Positions 11,493 through 23,720 of a DNA stretch of 64,000 nt are shown here, piece after piece. The translations under genes were made by a program, and so were the position numbers. Each line of letters opens with the position of its first letter. Positions within the stretch are counted from its first letter, which is position 1. The notes beneath the pieces were generated by a model. That model was not told where the DNA came from and ran no database searches. It was given only the letters and a program-made list of their open reading frames with translations. The stretch is from positions 4,948,578 through 5,012,577 of the forward strand of contig CP136572.1 in the NCBI GenBank assembly GCA_035193785.1, read 5' to 3'. The stretch is from Planktothrix sp. GU0601_MAG3 (GTDB lineage Bacteria; Cyanobacteriota; Cyanobacteriia; Cyanobacteriales; Microcoleaceae).

Positions 11493-11794
11493 TATATCAT
11501 AGTCGAAATGAGTACAGTTAGACAAGACTAAGTTGTAGGATTTGAGCAAAGGGAAGTCCCAGGCCCCTCAGATGTCTGTCCCCCAGTACCGTTATATAGG
11601 GAACAGGGAATAGGGAACACCGGATCTGGGTAGAGGATTTGTAATTAATTTTGTTTAGGTACTTACATCATTACTTCATAAAAATTTTATATTTTGTTTG
11701 ACAAAAATAGAAATAACTCTGCCAAAATTCAGACTAAAAATGAAGGGTACAGATCAACTGCACCCTTTATTTTAGTAATTCTATATTTGGGCTA

Positions 11795-12028
11795 TTATCC
11801 AGCTTTTTTGTCAGTTCCCGGATGTTTTTTACTCTCTCGAAGTTGTTCCCACAAAGTTTCAATTTGCACATAAGATTCTTCTGCTGAAAGTTTTCCCCCG
11901 GTTTGCAGACAAACAATAAAGTCTACCTTTTTAGCAAATTCCTGCAAATTAGCATTAAACAAGATATTTTCAGGTGTAGCATTGCCGCGATAACGAGAAT
12001 CCCAATAAAAAGAACCTAGGTTGGTCAT
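11795..12028 (-). CDS. conserved cyanobacterial small hypothetical protein
   Basis: RYRG..TPEN..FNANLQEFA...TGGKLS motif; hairpin downstream at about 11738-11772. Confidence 0.75.
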   Translation of the reverse strand: MTNLGSFYWDSRYRGNATPENILFNANLQEFAKKVDFIVCLQTGGKLSAEESYVQIETLWEQLRESKKHPGTDKKAG

Positions 12029-12190
12029 TGGTCTCAGACTCCAGTTTACATCATGGTTTATTTTTACATAGAATGCCGGATTTTGAATCGGCTTACAAAG
12101 TATACTTTGATACTTTAATTATGGTTCCATCAATTCCATTCAGTGTTTGTTAAAAAGAATACAATTCTATTAACAACTATACAATTTACC

Positions 12191-12533
12191 TTAATCACAA
12201 TCTGAGTGAGAGGTGGGAATGGGACTCGAATGGTAATGCTCGGCTAAATAGGCTTCTAGGACACCAAACTGGCTGGGGTTTAGACGATAGTAAATCCAAC
12301 GTCCCTCTTGCCGACTGCCCAATAATCCAGCCTCCTTCAAGATTTTTAAGTGAAAAGATAGTTTAGACTGATTGACGGCTAACTGTTCGCAAAGTTCACA
12401 AACACACAATTCTTGTTCTCGTAACAGATTGATGACCTGCAAACGCAGAGGGTCAGATAGGGCATGAAAACCAGCCAGAACAGTTTTGACGGCGGGAAAC
12501 CGCAGAAACCTCTATCACAATGTTTGCAACCAT
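12191..12533 (-). CDS. ArsR/SmtB family transcriptional regulator, +1 insertion near 12496-12509
   Basis: FHALSDPLRLQVINLL...ELCVCEL...SKLSFHLKIL...GRWIYY after correction. Confidence 0.9.
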
Positions 12534-12651
12534 CAACGCTCTCCTAAATCGCGGTCAATAGCTCTAGCTTATCATTTTATTTTCGTCACTTGTAAAGGGC
12601 GAAAAGAAAGGAGACACAAAGGTACTAATAAACGAAGATACCGGAGTAAGA

Positions 12652-15600
12652 TTAAAGGGTTACTCCTTCTAAATCTGCTTCGGTTAACTCATACAAAGAT
12701 TTTAATTTTTCTAAAGTTTCGCCATCGGTTTCCCAAAATCCCCGACCATGGGCTTCTAACATTCGACCGACAATATTACGAAAAGCTTCGGGGTTGGCTT
12801 GTCTTAATTTAGTTGCCATGTTTTCATCTAAAGCATAGGTTTTAGAAGCTTGATCATAAACCCAATTTTCTTGGAAATTTGTTGTTCCTCCCCAACCCAT
12901 TAAGGCGGTCATTCGTTGAGAAATTTCATAGGCCCCACCACTGCCTTGATTGACCATGGCCGTTGCCCATTTCGGGTTTAATAATTTTGTCCGATATTCA
13001 ATTCTTAATAGGTCTTCTAATTGTCGGGGAGTGGTATCTTTAGAAAAACTTTCGACAAAACTGGCTTTAACTTTTTGACCTTTTTGTTGTTCCGCCGCCC
13101 GTTTTAATCCGCCCGTATTAGCATAATATTCTTGAATATCGGTTAATCCATATTCTACGGAATCAATTTGTTGAACAACATTATCCATGGTTTTTAACAA
13201 TTGCGTCATCACTTCCGGTCTGGCTTGTCCTTGATCTTTGCGTCCATAACTAAATACATTTCGTCCTTTCCAAGTGTCCGCTAATTCGTCTCCTGATTCC
13301 CAATTACCATCCACAATTTGATCATTAACTAACGATCCAAAATCCCCCGATGGGTTAGAAAATAAACGGGCGGACGGGTTTTCTACTCCTTGCGATCGCA
13401 ACTTCAAAGCGTGCTTTCTAATAAAGTTTTGTTCCTCCGCTTCTTCCGCATCCGCCGCCCGCACAAATAAATCATCTAATAATTCGATAATATTGGCAAA
13501 ACTATCTCTAAAAATCCCCGATAAATTGGCTAATATATCAATTCTAGGATGTCCGACTTGCTCTAAAGGTTGTAATTCATAACGCACAATTCGCCCGGTT
13601 TCCTTCTTTAATTGGTTTGGCTCCCACTAATTCTAAGATAATTCCTAACGACTCCCCCCGGGTTTTAATAGCATCTAATCCCCATAACATTACCGCAATG
13701 GTTTCAGGATAATTTCCGGTTTCTGCTAACTGTTGATTAATGATTTTTTGAGCAATTTCTCGTCCTCTCAAATAGGCCGCAGCCGAGGGCATTCGATAGG
13801 GATCTAGGGCATGAATATTACGTCCGGTGGGCAGAACTCCTGGCCCATCTCGCAGTAAATCCCCGCCCGGGGCTGGGGGGATATATTCCCCATTTAATCC
13901 TTTTAATAAATTGGTTAATTCATCGGATGTTTGTAATAATAAGTCTCGAATTTGAGTTTCAGTTTCTGAGGTTAACTCATTCATTGATTCGGTGGAATAA
14001 GCATTCAGATAGGTAGTTAATTCTTCTTCCGTTGGATTCTCTCCAAAGGTATGTAATCCCGATGAGAATAAACGCTGTTCTAAGACTTGTAAATAATCAT
14101 AGATTTTGATAAAATAGCTATAGAGAACTTCGACACTAAATAACCGAGCGTTTTCAGTTGTAAAGGCAATTCCTAATTTTTTGCCCTCCTGAAAGGGACA
14201 ATCTACCTCTAAACCCATATCCACAATTTGCTGACTAATTGATTCTTGAAGGGTAGAATTTTTCTGCGGATCTTCTCGATATTCGGCAATTAAATCGCGT
14301 AAAGATACCAATTGTTTATAAAGTCCCGCCCGACCATAGGGAGGAACATTATAGGAAACTAACACCCCATAACCTCGACGTTTTGCTAACATTGATTCTG
14401 AGGGATTATTGGCTGCATAAAGATATAAATTTGGCAGATTTGCTAATAAAATATCTGACCAAGAATAGCCCGTATTTCCTAATGGTGATCCCGGCAACCA
14501 TTCTACCGTGCCGTGCATTCCAAAATGAACAATTGCATCGGCTTGAAATTCCTTTTGTAGCCATTGATAAAAAGCCACATATTGGGGATGGGGGGTTAAA
14601 TCTCGTTCAAACATTAACCGCATGGGGTCACCGGATAAACCTAAAGGCGGTTGCACTCCTACCCAAATATTTCCTAATTGAATTCCACCAATATGATAAT
14701 CTTCGCCAAAGGTTTTAATCCCGGTTTCTGTTAAGGATTTCCATTGTTTTTTAATCCGACTTCGTTGTAAATATCCTAACCATTTTTCCAGTTTATTAAC
14801 ATTAACTTGATTAGAAATAACAGAATTTTCTGCAAAACTAAAATCCTGTTGCGCTTCTAAGGTTTCATCGGCTATTTTTACCTTTTGAATTAAAACTTCC
14901 CCCGTTTCTGGCAACTCTCCAACGGTGTATCCTTGAGCTTTTAAGGCTTGTAAAACCTTTAATAAACTCTGGGGAACATTTAATAAAGCGGCGGTTCCTG
15001 TGGCTCCATATCCCGGGGGAAATCCATATAAAATAATCGCAATTTTTCGCTGTGATGGAGGTGTTTTTCGCAGTTGAATCCAACTTTTTACCCGTCCAGT
15101 TAAACGTTTAACTCGTTCAGGAATTAAATAAATATCTTCTCCTACTAACCCCCCCAAAGGAACGGTATCAATAGCACCATCAAGTTCCGGTAAAGCATAT
15201 AAAACCACACTTTGTAAACCGCCAATTCCTTGACGAGTCCAAGATAATAAATCTTGAATTAATAGGGGCGCGGCGATAAAATAGGGAATATTTTTTATGG
15301 TTAAAATTTGTTTGGCAATTTCCACTTGTCGTCCGGCTTCCATTGATCCGGCTGGCCCTCCAACTAAAGGAAACCCAATGGTAGAAACAATTGCATCAAC
15401 GGTTACGGCTTCTTTTGATAAGGATAGGGTTTCTATTTTTCCCTGTTCTCGGTGATTCAATTCATCCGTTGTTGTCATCCAGTCTCTAACAGCAACATGA
15501 CCTTCAACGCCATTAATAAAAATTGGTAAGGGAATTAATTGGGCTTGTTGAAAATAGCTAATTAGTTGGGGGATATAAGCTTGTTTAGTAATGACGTGCT

Positions 15601-16325
15601 TGCGATATATTAATATTCCCACAACGGGATCGTTAACGGCGTTGGGATATTGGGTTTTATACCATTCTAAATAGGCCTGTGGCGATTCAAAATAACCGCT
15701 ATAATCGGGGTGTAATAATCCCATATTTGGGGTTTCTATGGGTGGCGGAATTTCTCCAACAGTTAACCCTAAATAATTCGTTCCAATTGTCCAGAACATC
15801 GCCGCGACATTTTCTGTTCCGCCCGCATTCCAATACCCATAAATAACTAACCAATTACGCAGGTCTTGAACTTTTTTAACCGGAATAAATTTTAATAATT
15901 TCTGGCCTGTTTTCAAGAAACTAATATAACCAGCCAGTTTATCTTCTTCTTTACCACTGGAAAATTTACTCAAAATAAACTGCACTGGTTTGGGCATTCC
16001 TTTGGGTTTATCCCCAATTTTAAACGATCCAATTTGGGTTAAACTCATTAATTCTAAAGCGGATTCAAAAACCAACCGAATTGGAATATTTTGTACCCGT
16101 TTCTCGTAACCATAATATTTGATCATAATCAAATAATAAACTGGCAAAAAATACATCGGCATTTTCCAAGGCGGCGGCGACGGTATCCGGTTGATCAGAA
16201 ATGGCGCGATCGCTAAATACACAAATTTCTAATTCTGGACAACGGGCGCTGGCTAATTTCGCGGCTATGCGATATAACTCAGCATTAAAAGACTCAAACC
16301 CAGCTATTAAAACAATCTTTTTCAT
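12652..16325 (-). CDS. bchH: magnesium chelatase H subunit (BchH/CobN-Mg chelatase family paralog), +1 insertions at 16099 and 13598
   Basis: HFGMHGTVEWLPG, YAANNPSE, LPTGRNIHALDP, RTKLLNPKW motifs across three ORFs each offset by one base. Confidence 0.88.
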
Positions 16326-16394
16326 AATCTTAGGTTTTAAAATATGCGTTTTCATCTATTATTTATAATTATAGCAATTCTCAATTAAAATTAA

Positions 16395-17000
16395 ATGACA
16401 GAATATGATTTTCCCACTTCTGTTTTGATTGCGGGGGTGGATGAAGTGGGGCGGGGGGCTTTATTTGGCCCGGTGGTAGCGGCGGCGGTGATTTTGTCGG
16501 AGGATGGTATGGCTAAATTAACTAGCGCTGGGGTTAAAGATAGTAAAAAATTAACCCCGGGGGTTCGTTCTCGGTTAGCAATTGAAATTAAAGCGATCGC
16601 CATTGATTGTAAAATTGGTTGGGCGACTGTTAGGGAAATTGATCGCTTTAATATTTTACAAGCGACATTATTAGCGATGAAACGGGCAATTTTAAGTTTA
16701 GATCCTCAACCAAAACTCTGTTTAATTGACGGAAATCAGAAGATTCCACAATTATTAATTCCGCAACAAACTATCATTAAAGGAGATAGTAAATCTATTG
16801 TAATTGCAGCCGCTAGTATTGTCGCAAAAGTTTGGCGAGATGAATTAATTACCCGTTTGGCTGAAAAATATCCTGAATATGATCTCAAGCAAAACAAAGG
16901 TTACGGAACCGCAAAACACCGTCAAGCGATCCAAGATTATGGGATTACTTACCAACATCGTCAATCTTTCGGGTGTTGTCAATTATCCTTACCTTTATAA
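16395..17000 (+). CDS. rnhB: ribonuclease HII
   Basis: AGVDEVGRG, DSKKL, IAAASIVAKV, KGYGT motifs. Confidence 0.96.
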   Translation: MTEYDFPTSVLIAGVDEVGRGALFGPVVAAAVILSEDGMAKLTSAGVKDSKKLTPGVRSRLAIEIKAIAIDCKIGWATVREIDRFNILQATLLAMKRAILSLDPQPKLCLIDGNQKIPQLLIPQQTIIKGDSKSIVIAAASIVAKVWRDELITRLAEKYPEYDLKQNKGYGTAKHRQAIQDYGITYQHRQSFGCCQLSLPL

Positions 17001-17002
17001 AG

Positions 17003-18007
17003 TTAGGAACAATTTTCAGCTAACCAATTTAATAAATCTGACTCCGTTTCAAAATCTAATAATGCTTCTCCTAATTGTTCAACTAATTCAATCGGAAGAC
17101 TGCGGATTTGATCTTGAATTTCGGGGTTAATTGCTCCTAAACGACGATTTAGCAAACGCAAAATAAACGTTATTTCTCGTTGCAAACCCTGTTCTATTCC
17201 CTGTTCTATTCCCCGCTCTATTCCCTGTTCAATTCCCTGTTGTATTCCCTGTTGTATTCCCCGTTCAATTCCCTGTTCCATCCAACTTGTAACAATTTCC
17301 ATAAATCTTTCCTCCTGAATCAGTCCTAAGCGATTTAGTTCCTCGGTAAAAACGACTTTTTCGCTAGAATTTAAACGCAAATAGGAGTCGATAAACCCCG
17401 AAATTAATTGATTTCTGGCTGGATCTAACCGTAACGTTACTAACAGACGCAAACACTCTGCTTTAACCTGGGGTCGATCCTGGGGTTCTATTCTCATTTT
17501 AGCCATTAATGCAGCCGCCACCGGATTTTGCTGACGTAAAAAATCCCGCCAGTTTAAACGATTCAGTTGGATCGCTGCATAGCTAAATTCTAATACCTTT
17601 CGGTCGGGAAATTCAACTTGATAGTTGTTGGGTTCCAGACGTTGGGGGGTATCGAAAGAAAAGATTGCAATCGGATAAACCGGAATTGCATATTTTTCAT
17701 CTAGTCTAGCAAAATAATGGAACATCCGCCGGGCAAAATCGGCTTGAGCGTAGGATTGAGTCTCGGTATGGATGAGGAAAAAACTTTCCTGTTCTCGAAA
17801 CCTAACTTTTGCTAATAGATCGACCTCTCGACGATTCCCCGATGTCAGATCAATGAATACCTCCTGGGGTAAAAAGGTAATAGAGGATTGATCAATATAG
17901 GGAATTAGATCTGGGAAAAATAATTCTAAAAATTCCCAAAAAAACGTCGAAATTAACTCTTTAAATAATCGATCATGTTCAATTATTCGTTCTGAAGTTT
18001 CAGCCAT
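17003..18007 (-). CDS. Rpn family PD-(D/E)xK nuclease-like protein with GIEQ repeats and a DUF4351-like C-terminus
   Basis: HDRLFKELI, DLLAKV, IHTETQS, (GIEQ/GIQQ)n, LEQLGEALLDF-like motif. Confidence 0.88.
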   Translation of the reverse strand: MAETSERIIEHDRLFKELISTFFWEFLELFFPDLIPYIDQSSITFLPQEVFIDLTSGNRREVDLLAKVRFREQESFFLIHTETQSYAQADFARRMFHYFARLDEKYAIPVYPIAIFSFDTPQRLEPNNYQVEFPDRKVLEFSYAAIQLNRLNWRDFLRQQNPVAAALMAKMRIEPQDRPQVKAECLRLLVTLRLDPARNQLISGFIDSYLRLNSSEKVVFTEELNRLGLIQEERFMEIVTSWMEQGIERGIQQGIQQGIEQGIERGIEQGIEQGLQREITFILRLLNRRLGAINPEIQDQIRSLPIELVEQLGEALLDFETESDLLNWLAENCS

Positions 18008-18026
18008 TTTAATTTTGATTTACCCC

Positions 18027-18611
18027 CTAACATTCAGCACTCGAAACCCGAATAACAGATTGGGTTTGTGGGGTCATATCCCCTAATTGTTCAGCCGACC
18101 AATGGGCATAATCCGATAATAAATTATGGACTAATCGGTGTCTAACGGTCATTAACACACTTTTTAATAATCCGTTTCCGGTTGTTTCTAAAATCGGTTG
18201 GGGTGTTAACCATAATGGCGGGGGAAGTTCGACTTTAACTTCTAAATCCGCTTGACCTTTTAAGTAGGTGATTCCCTGTAATTCAACTGGATATAATTTT
18301 CCGACTAAATTTAGGGCAAAACGTTGATTAATATATTCAATTCCGCGAATTTCACACCCGACAGATTTTAAGTTGAGAGTGCCATCGGACTGTATCCACA
18401 GTTTCAAGTCTACCGTTGGTTGTAAACTAAACATCATAAACTGTAAAGGACGCATTTTTAAGCGGTAAATATCCTCTGCTAAGGCATCTAAACGGCTAGG
18501 ATCAACTAACGCCTTTACCAAGCGTTTCGGTTGACGCAGGTAATGGTGAATTAAAGTTGGCTCCGGTACGGCCATTTCAACGGTTTGGGAGGCTTGAAAG
18601 TGGGTATACAT
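18027..18611 (-). CDS. DUF1997-like conserved protein
   Basis: HYLRQPKRLV, LKMRPL, LETTGNGLL motifs. Confidence 0.75.
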   Translation of the reverse strand: MYTHFQASQTVEMAVPEPTLIHHYLRQPKRLVKALVDPSRLDALAEDIYRLKMRPLQFMMFSLQPTVDLKLWIQSDGTLNLKSVGCEIRGIEYINQRFALNLVGKLYPVELQGITYLKGQADLEVKVELPPPLWLTPQPILETTGNGLLKSVLMTVRHRLVHNLLSDYAHWSAEQLGDMTPQTQSVIRVSSAEC

Positions 18612-18829
18612 ATAGAAAGTTATAAAAGTCTACTAATTTTAACTTATCTTAATATAATTTAAGAATTATTAAAACTATTTTCATCAGTCAAGAGTCACCG
18701 ATCAAGAATAATAGCGTGTATTCCCTAAAAAATAGGTAATCGCTTGATCATAAGGGTAAGGTTGATGAGAATAATATAAATAATTGTAACGTCCCTTTCT
18801 ATCCATTGATTATTTACGGAACTAAAATT

Positions 18830-19672
18830 ATGACTGTTTCTATTGCCCATCTTGGCCCATCGGGAACTTATGCAGAAGCCGCCGCCTTAGCTTATGCCCA
18901 ATATCTTACCCAAAAAACCGGGGAAGAAGCCATGTTATGCCCCTGTTCAAGTATTAGCCAAACTTTATGGACAGTTGCCAAAGGGGAGGTTAATATTGGG
19001 GTAGTTCCTGTTGAAAATTCCATTGAAGGCAGTGTGACTATGACCCTAGATACATTATGGCAAATTGGCTGTCTTCAAATTCAACAGGCGTTAATTCTTC
19101 CTATTAATCATGCGTTGATTTCTCAAGCTAAAGATTTGGCTAATATTCAAGTGGTTTATTCCCATCCCCAAGCTCTAGCGCAGTGTCAAGGATGGTTAGA
19201 AAAACATCTTTCTGATGTGCCATTAATAGCCAAAAATTCAACCACAGAAGCCCTAAAATCCGTCCGAGATGAAACTAATTCAGCCGCGATCGCATCTTTA
19301 AGAGCAGCCGAATTATATCAATTACCTGTTCTTGCCCATCCTATTAATGATTATCCCGATAATTGTACTAAGTTTTTGGTAGTAAGTCTACAACCTTCAG
19401 GATCGGGAAAATACACATCTTTAGGCTTTAGTGTTCCGGCAAATGTTCCGGGTGCATTAGCAAAACCTTTAGCAATTTTTGCCGATAGAGGGATTAATTT
19501 AAGCCGAATAGAATCCCGTCCTAGTAAGCGCTCCTTGGGGGATTATCTATTTTTTATGGATTTAGAAGCGGATAGCCATGAACCCACGGTACAATTAGCT
19601 TTAGCGGAATTAAAAACCTTTACCGAAACCTTGAAAGTTTTTGGCAGTTACACCCTATTAAATCTGGATTAA
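18830..19672 (+). CDS. pheA: prephenate dehydratase
   Basis: HLGPSGTY, VVPVENSIEGSV, SHPQALAQC, NLSRIESRP motifs. Confidence 0.96.
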   Translation: MTVSIAHLGPSGTYAEAAALAYAQYLTQKTGEEAMLCPCSSISQTLWTVAKGEVNIGVVPVENSIEGSVTMTLDTLWQIGCLQIQQALILPINHALISQAKDLANIQVVYSHPQALAQCQGWLEKHLSDVPLIAKNSTTEALKSVRDETNSAAIASLRAAELYQLPVLAHPINDYPDNCTKFLVVSLQPSGSGKYTSLGFSVPANVPGALAKPLAIFADRGINLSRIESRPSKRSLGDYLFFMDLEADSHEPTVQLALAELKTFTETLKVFGSYTLLNLD

Positions 19673-19765
19673 TTAAAATTAATTCGGAAAATTGGTAATT
19701 GGTCTTGTAGGAGGGGTAAGAATTACTCCGGCTTTTTGCCCACCCTACTGATTTTTAAAGATTCT

Positions 19766-21155
19766 ATGGATATTTTTTTTAGCAGTATTCCCAGTATTCC
19801 TGATTTAACTCATCCTAATGAATTAATGGAATTGGGATCAATAGTGATTAAAAACCTGATGAAATTGGCTATTTTTTTAATAGCAATTGGTGGCATATTA
19901 TCCCTAATTAATTGGTCGGTGAAAAAACCAGGGGATTCTATTTCTATTCCGGCGATTAAAACCGCCTTAGAACAATATCTGAAATGGATGCAAACTTTAC
20001 CGCATTTAATTCTAATTGTTTCTGGTAATTACCAGTGGATTTTTTCTTTGTTCTACCTTAGCTAATCGCTATCATAATTGGGAACAACAACGTATTACTC
20101 AAATTGCCACCACCGTCGCCGGAGAACGTTTAGAACAAACCGCACCTAGAATTCGTTATGAAATTGAAGAACCTTTTACCGATTATAGATATATTGAGGG
20201 GAAAACTATTGAAATTAAAAGTACCCAGATTGCACCCCGTTGGATGACTTTATCAGGATCAAAAATTCAGGTTAAAATTAATCAAACTACCAGTCCCGAC
20301 ACCAAACAATGGATTTATAGTGTTGATTTTTCGGGAGAATATCAAGTTAAAAATCAACTCAAAGGTGTCTCGGAATTTTTCTTTGAAGTTCCCCCACCTT
20401 ACGGTTATTTATTATTACAGGATTTCCAAGTTGAACAAAATGGAAAACCCTTAGTACAAGTTAACCCTGGAGATTATGGATTTCCCTTTAAATTATCCCC
20501 GGGAGAAACCACAAATTTTAAGGTTAGCTATCAAGCTCAAGGTGCACCCCGTTGGGTTTATCAACCTGGGGAGCAATTATTGTCGAATTTTAGCTTAAAT
20601 GTTTTAGCTAACTTTCCCGATGCTGAATTTGCCGGAGCAGTGCCAACAGTTACAAAAGAAGCAGCAGAAAATCGACAACTTTCTTGGATTTATGAAGGTA
20701 ATATTTCCGTTAAAAATCCGTTAGGAATATTTACCGCCACCGCTCCAATTCGCAATACAGGTGTTATCCCGCGATTATTATTATTAGCTCCAGCTATCTT
20801 TTTATGGTGGATTATTTTACTATATCTATCTTTACCCTTAACCTTGGGAGATGTGGCGATTATCGCCGGACTATTTTTTGCCTGTTTATTAACCCTAACC
20901 TATAGCAGTCGTTTGATTGATGCCAAACTTGCATGGACAGTAATTTCTCCAGTATTACTATTAGCAGTTTGGGGATTAGGGAAAAACCGTCAAGCCTCTT
21001 GGGTGGCAATTATTTGTACAATTTCTGGGGGAATATTACCGATATTTGGTTTATTGGTTCCCTATAGCGGGATTACCTTAAGTTTAGCTGGGTTACTATC
21101 AGGAATCTGGTTAGCTTTTCAACATTGGTATGAATTAGGGAAACGGAAAGTTTAA
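19766..21155 (+). CDS. hypothetical integral membrane protein, +1 insertion at 20018-20022
   Basis: Two ORFs offset by one base; N-terminal TM helices, a soluble domain and a C-terminal multi-TM block. Confidence 0.7.
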
Positions 21156-21274
21156 CTGTAAAATAATAAACCAGGTTGTTCGCTTATAAAGACTTTCTAT
21201 ACTTTTTTTAATAATAAATTTCCTAACTTTTTGTGACTAATCTTATATTTTAATATATAAAATCTGGTTTGAGA

Positions 21275-22289
21275 TTATTGTTGAATTACCGCATTTTCTA
21301 ACATTAAAATCGTTCCGTGTTCAGCATCAATTTTGACCTCTATTCCCAGAGGAATAGTAAATTGATCACGAATATGACCGATCATCGAACCATACCAAGC
21401 CGGAATTCCTAACGGTTTAATTAAATCCGTTAATACTTGCCATAGGGTTAAAGAGGGTTTCATTTCCCTCTCCTTTGGTGCAGGCGGTACATTGACTAAA
21501 AATAAACCCAGAAATTTGATCTAAAATTCCAGCTAATTTTAAATGGGTTAACATTCGATCAACTCGGTAAATATCCTCGCCAACATCTTCTACAAATAGG
21601 ATCGTATTCCGCCAATTGGGTAAATATTCAGAACCTACTAAAGCGGATAAAACCGATAAATTTCCTCCGATTAATCTTCCCTCGGCTTGACCTGGATAAA
21701 TCGTTTCGACCCGAACATTGGCAGGATTTTTAAAGGTTACAGTTTGTCCCTCAAATATAATTTTTTTCAGCCAACCAACCGAATAGGGATTCCAGAGGGA
21801 AGTGCCTAATAATCCATGAAAAGTAACTAATCCGGTTTGACTATATAATCCTAATAATAAAGCGGTAATATCACTATAACCGAGAAAGATTTTAGGATTT
21901 TTACGAATTAAATCATAATCTAATAATGGTAAAATTCGACCGCTGCCCCAACCTCCACCCGTCGCAATAATTCCCTGAATATTAGGGTCAGCAAACATTT
22001 GATTAATGTCTGATGCCCGTTGTTGATCGGTTCCGGCTAAATAGCCATATTCACTCATTACATGGGGGGCAACTTTAACAGCGAGTTCCTGTTGGGCTAA
22101 TTGCAGTTGAATCAACTTTAAATGTTCTTTTAAAATGGGGCTGGCGGGAGTTACCAACCCCACCGTATCTCCTGGTTTTAAAGCGAGAGGTTTAAGTAAT
22201 ATTTGGGAAGATGGAGATTGAGCAAGAATAGGAAACTGATTAGTAATTCCTGCTAAAGTTAATCCGGTTAAAAAATCACGACGATTCAT
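21275..22289 (-). CDS. LD-carboxypeptidase (peptidase S66) with Tat signal, +1 insertion at 21457-21461
   Basis: RRDFL, GGWGS, GYSDIT, GGNLS, EDVGE and IGH motifs. Confidence 0.92.
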
Positions 22290-22312
22290 AATCATTTATT
22301 GGTTATCAGTTA

Positions 22313-23054
22313 TCATTTACTTGAATTGAGAATTTGATCAATTAATTCTTCAACCCCTAATCCCCGACTATTTTTCGTGACCCAATTAACCTTTTCTTTA
22401 ACTTGGGGTAAGGCATTAGCAACGGCTACGGAATAACCACATTGTTGTAAAAAATCACAATCATTTTCTGCATCCCCAACCCCAACAATTTTTTCCGGGG
22501 ATAGGTTGATTAATTCGGAAAGAGTTTTTAACCCAAAGGCTTTATTGATACCTACGGGTAGAATCATTATGGCTCCTTTATTATTAATAATTTCAAGATT
22601 AACTCCTAACTCTTGAATCGTTTTTTGGGTGATTTCTAAATAGGGTTCCCAAGTGGCAATAATTACTCGTCCAATCCCTAAAAATTCTAAGGCTTGAGCC
22701 TGAGAAATCTTTAAAAATTCCTCTGGAATGGGTTGGTTTTGCAATTGTTGTTGTTTTTGGTGAATGCGATCGCGCAAGCGGGTTATAAACGCTTCAGAAG
22801 GGCGCTCCGCTAACAATTTTTCTATCTGAGTCGAGGGTTGATATAATACCGCTCCATTTTCTGCAATCACCCAATCAAACCTATTAATTATGGGAACATG
22901 ATCAATTAAATTATCCAGTTGTCTTCCCGTAATTAAGATTAACTTTCTTCCCGACTCTCGCCACCGTTGTAGGGCTTTTAAAGTAGACTCCTCTACGATT
23001 CCATCCATTGCTAGGGTTTCCATCAAAATCCGTCGCCAAAGCCAAATATTTCAT
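22313..23054 (-). CDS. Cof-like HAD-IIB hydrolase, +1 insertion at 23016-23020
   Basis: Corrected N-terminus MKYLALATDFDGTL; TGR, ENG and GDAEND motifs. Confidence 0.9.
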
Positions 23055-23139
23055 GGTTATAAAAAATCAAATTGTTGAGTAAAGGGTAGATTTATATTGA
23101 ACTAATTTAACCCCTTATCTGTTTAATTCAACTCTAAAT

Positions 23140-23535
23140 TTATGGGTCATTATCTTCATACTCAACCCAGGAATTAGAGGTTTCTGAAACCCTAACTTTT
23201 AATTGAACTCCCTGCGGGACTCGTTTTTTCGTGACATCATAAATATATTTAGCAATCATTTCAGCCGTTGTCTCATATTCAGGGGGCAGAATTTCATTTA
23301 ATACCCCATGATCTAATCCGCCTTTTTTAACATCTTTTTTTGCCCATCCTAAACTTCTAAAATCTGCCACCATCACGGGATGGGGACAATGTTCCGAGGG
23401 GTGCAATTGGCTAGAGGTGGCTTCCACTTGTACACGATAGGTATGACCGTGCATTCGTCCACAGGGCCCATCATAATCCTTAATATAATGGGCACTATCA
23501 AAGGTAAATTCCGTGGTCAATTTCCATTTAGGCAT
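23140..23535 (-). CDS. queD: 6-carboxytetrahydropterin synthase
   Basis: FDSAH, CGRMHGHTY, LDH..LNE, TTAE motifs. Confidence 0.88.
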   Translation of the reverse strand: MPKWKLTTEFTFDSAHYIKDYDGPCGRMHGHTYRVQVEATSSQLHPSEHCPHPVMVADFRSLGWAKKDVKKGGLDHGVLNEILPPEYETTAEMIAKYIYDVTKKRVPQGVQLKVRVSETSNSWVEYEDNDP

Positions 23536-23720
23536 AGTTAAAAAAACTCAACTCAACTTCTAATTTTAGGGTAACGATGTAGTCGTATATTTCTATTTAT
23601 GATTCTATCAAAAATCAAAAAGAAATAGTAAAACTTATCAAAAATTAATGCTTATTTACCAGGTTAAATTAGTTAAAAAACAAACATTTTCATCTTCCAT
23701 AGATTTATATAAGCTGGGAA

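Noticed and set aside
23140..23535. queD as part of a 7-deazaguanine DNA modification island
   Set aside because: No dpdA, queC, queE or folE neighbours; it appears to be a stand-alone housekeeping gene
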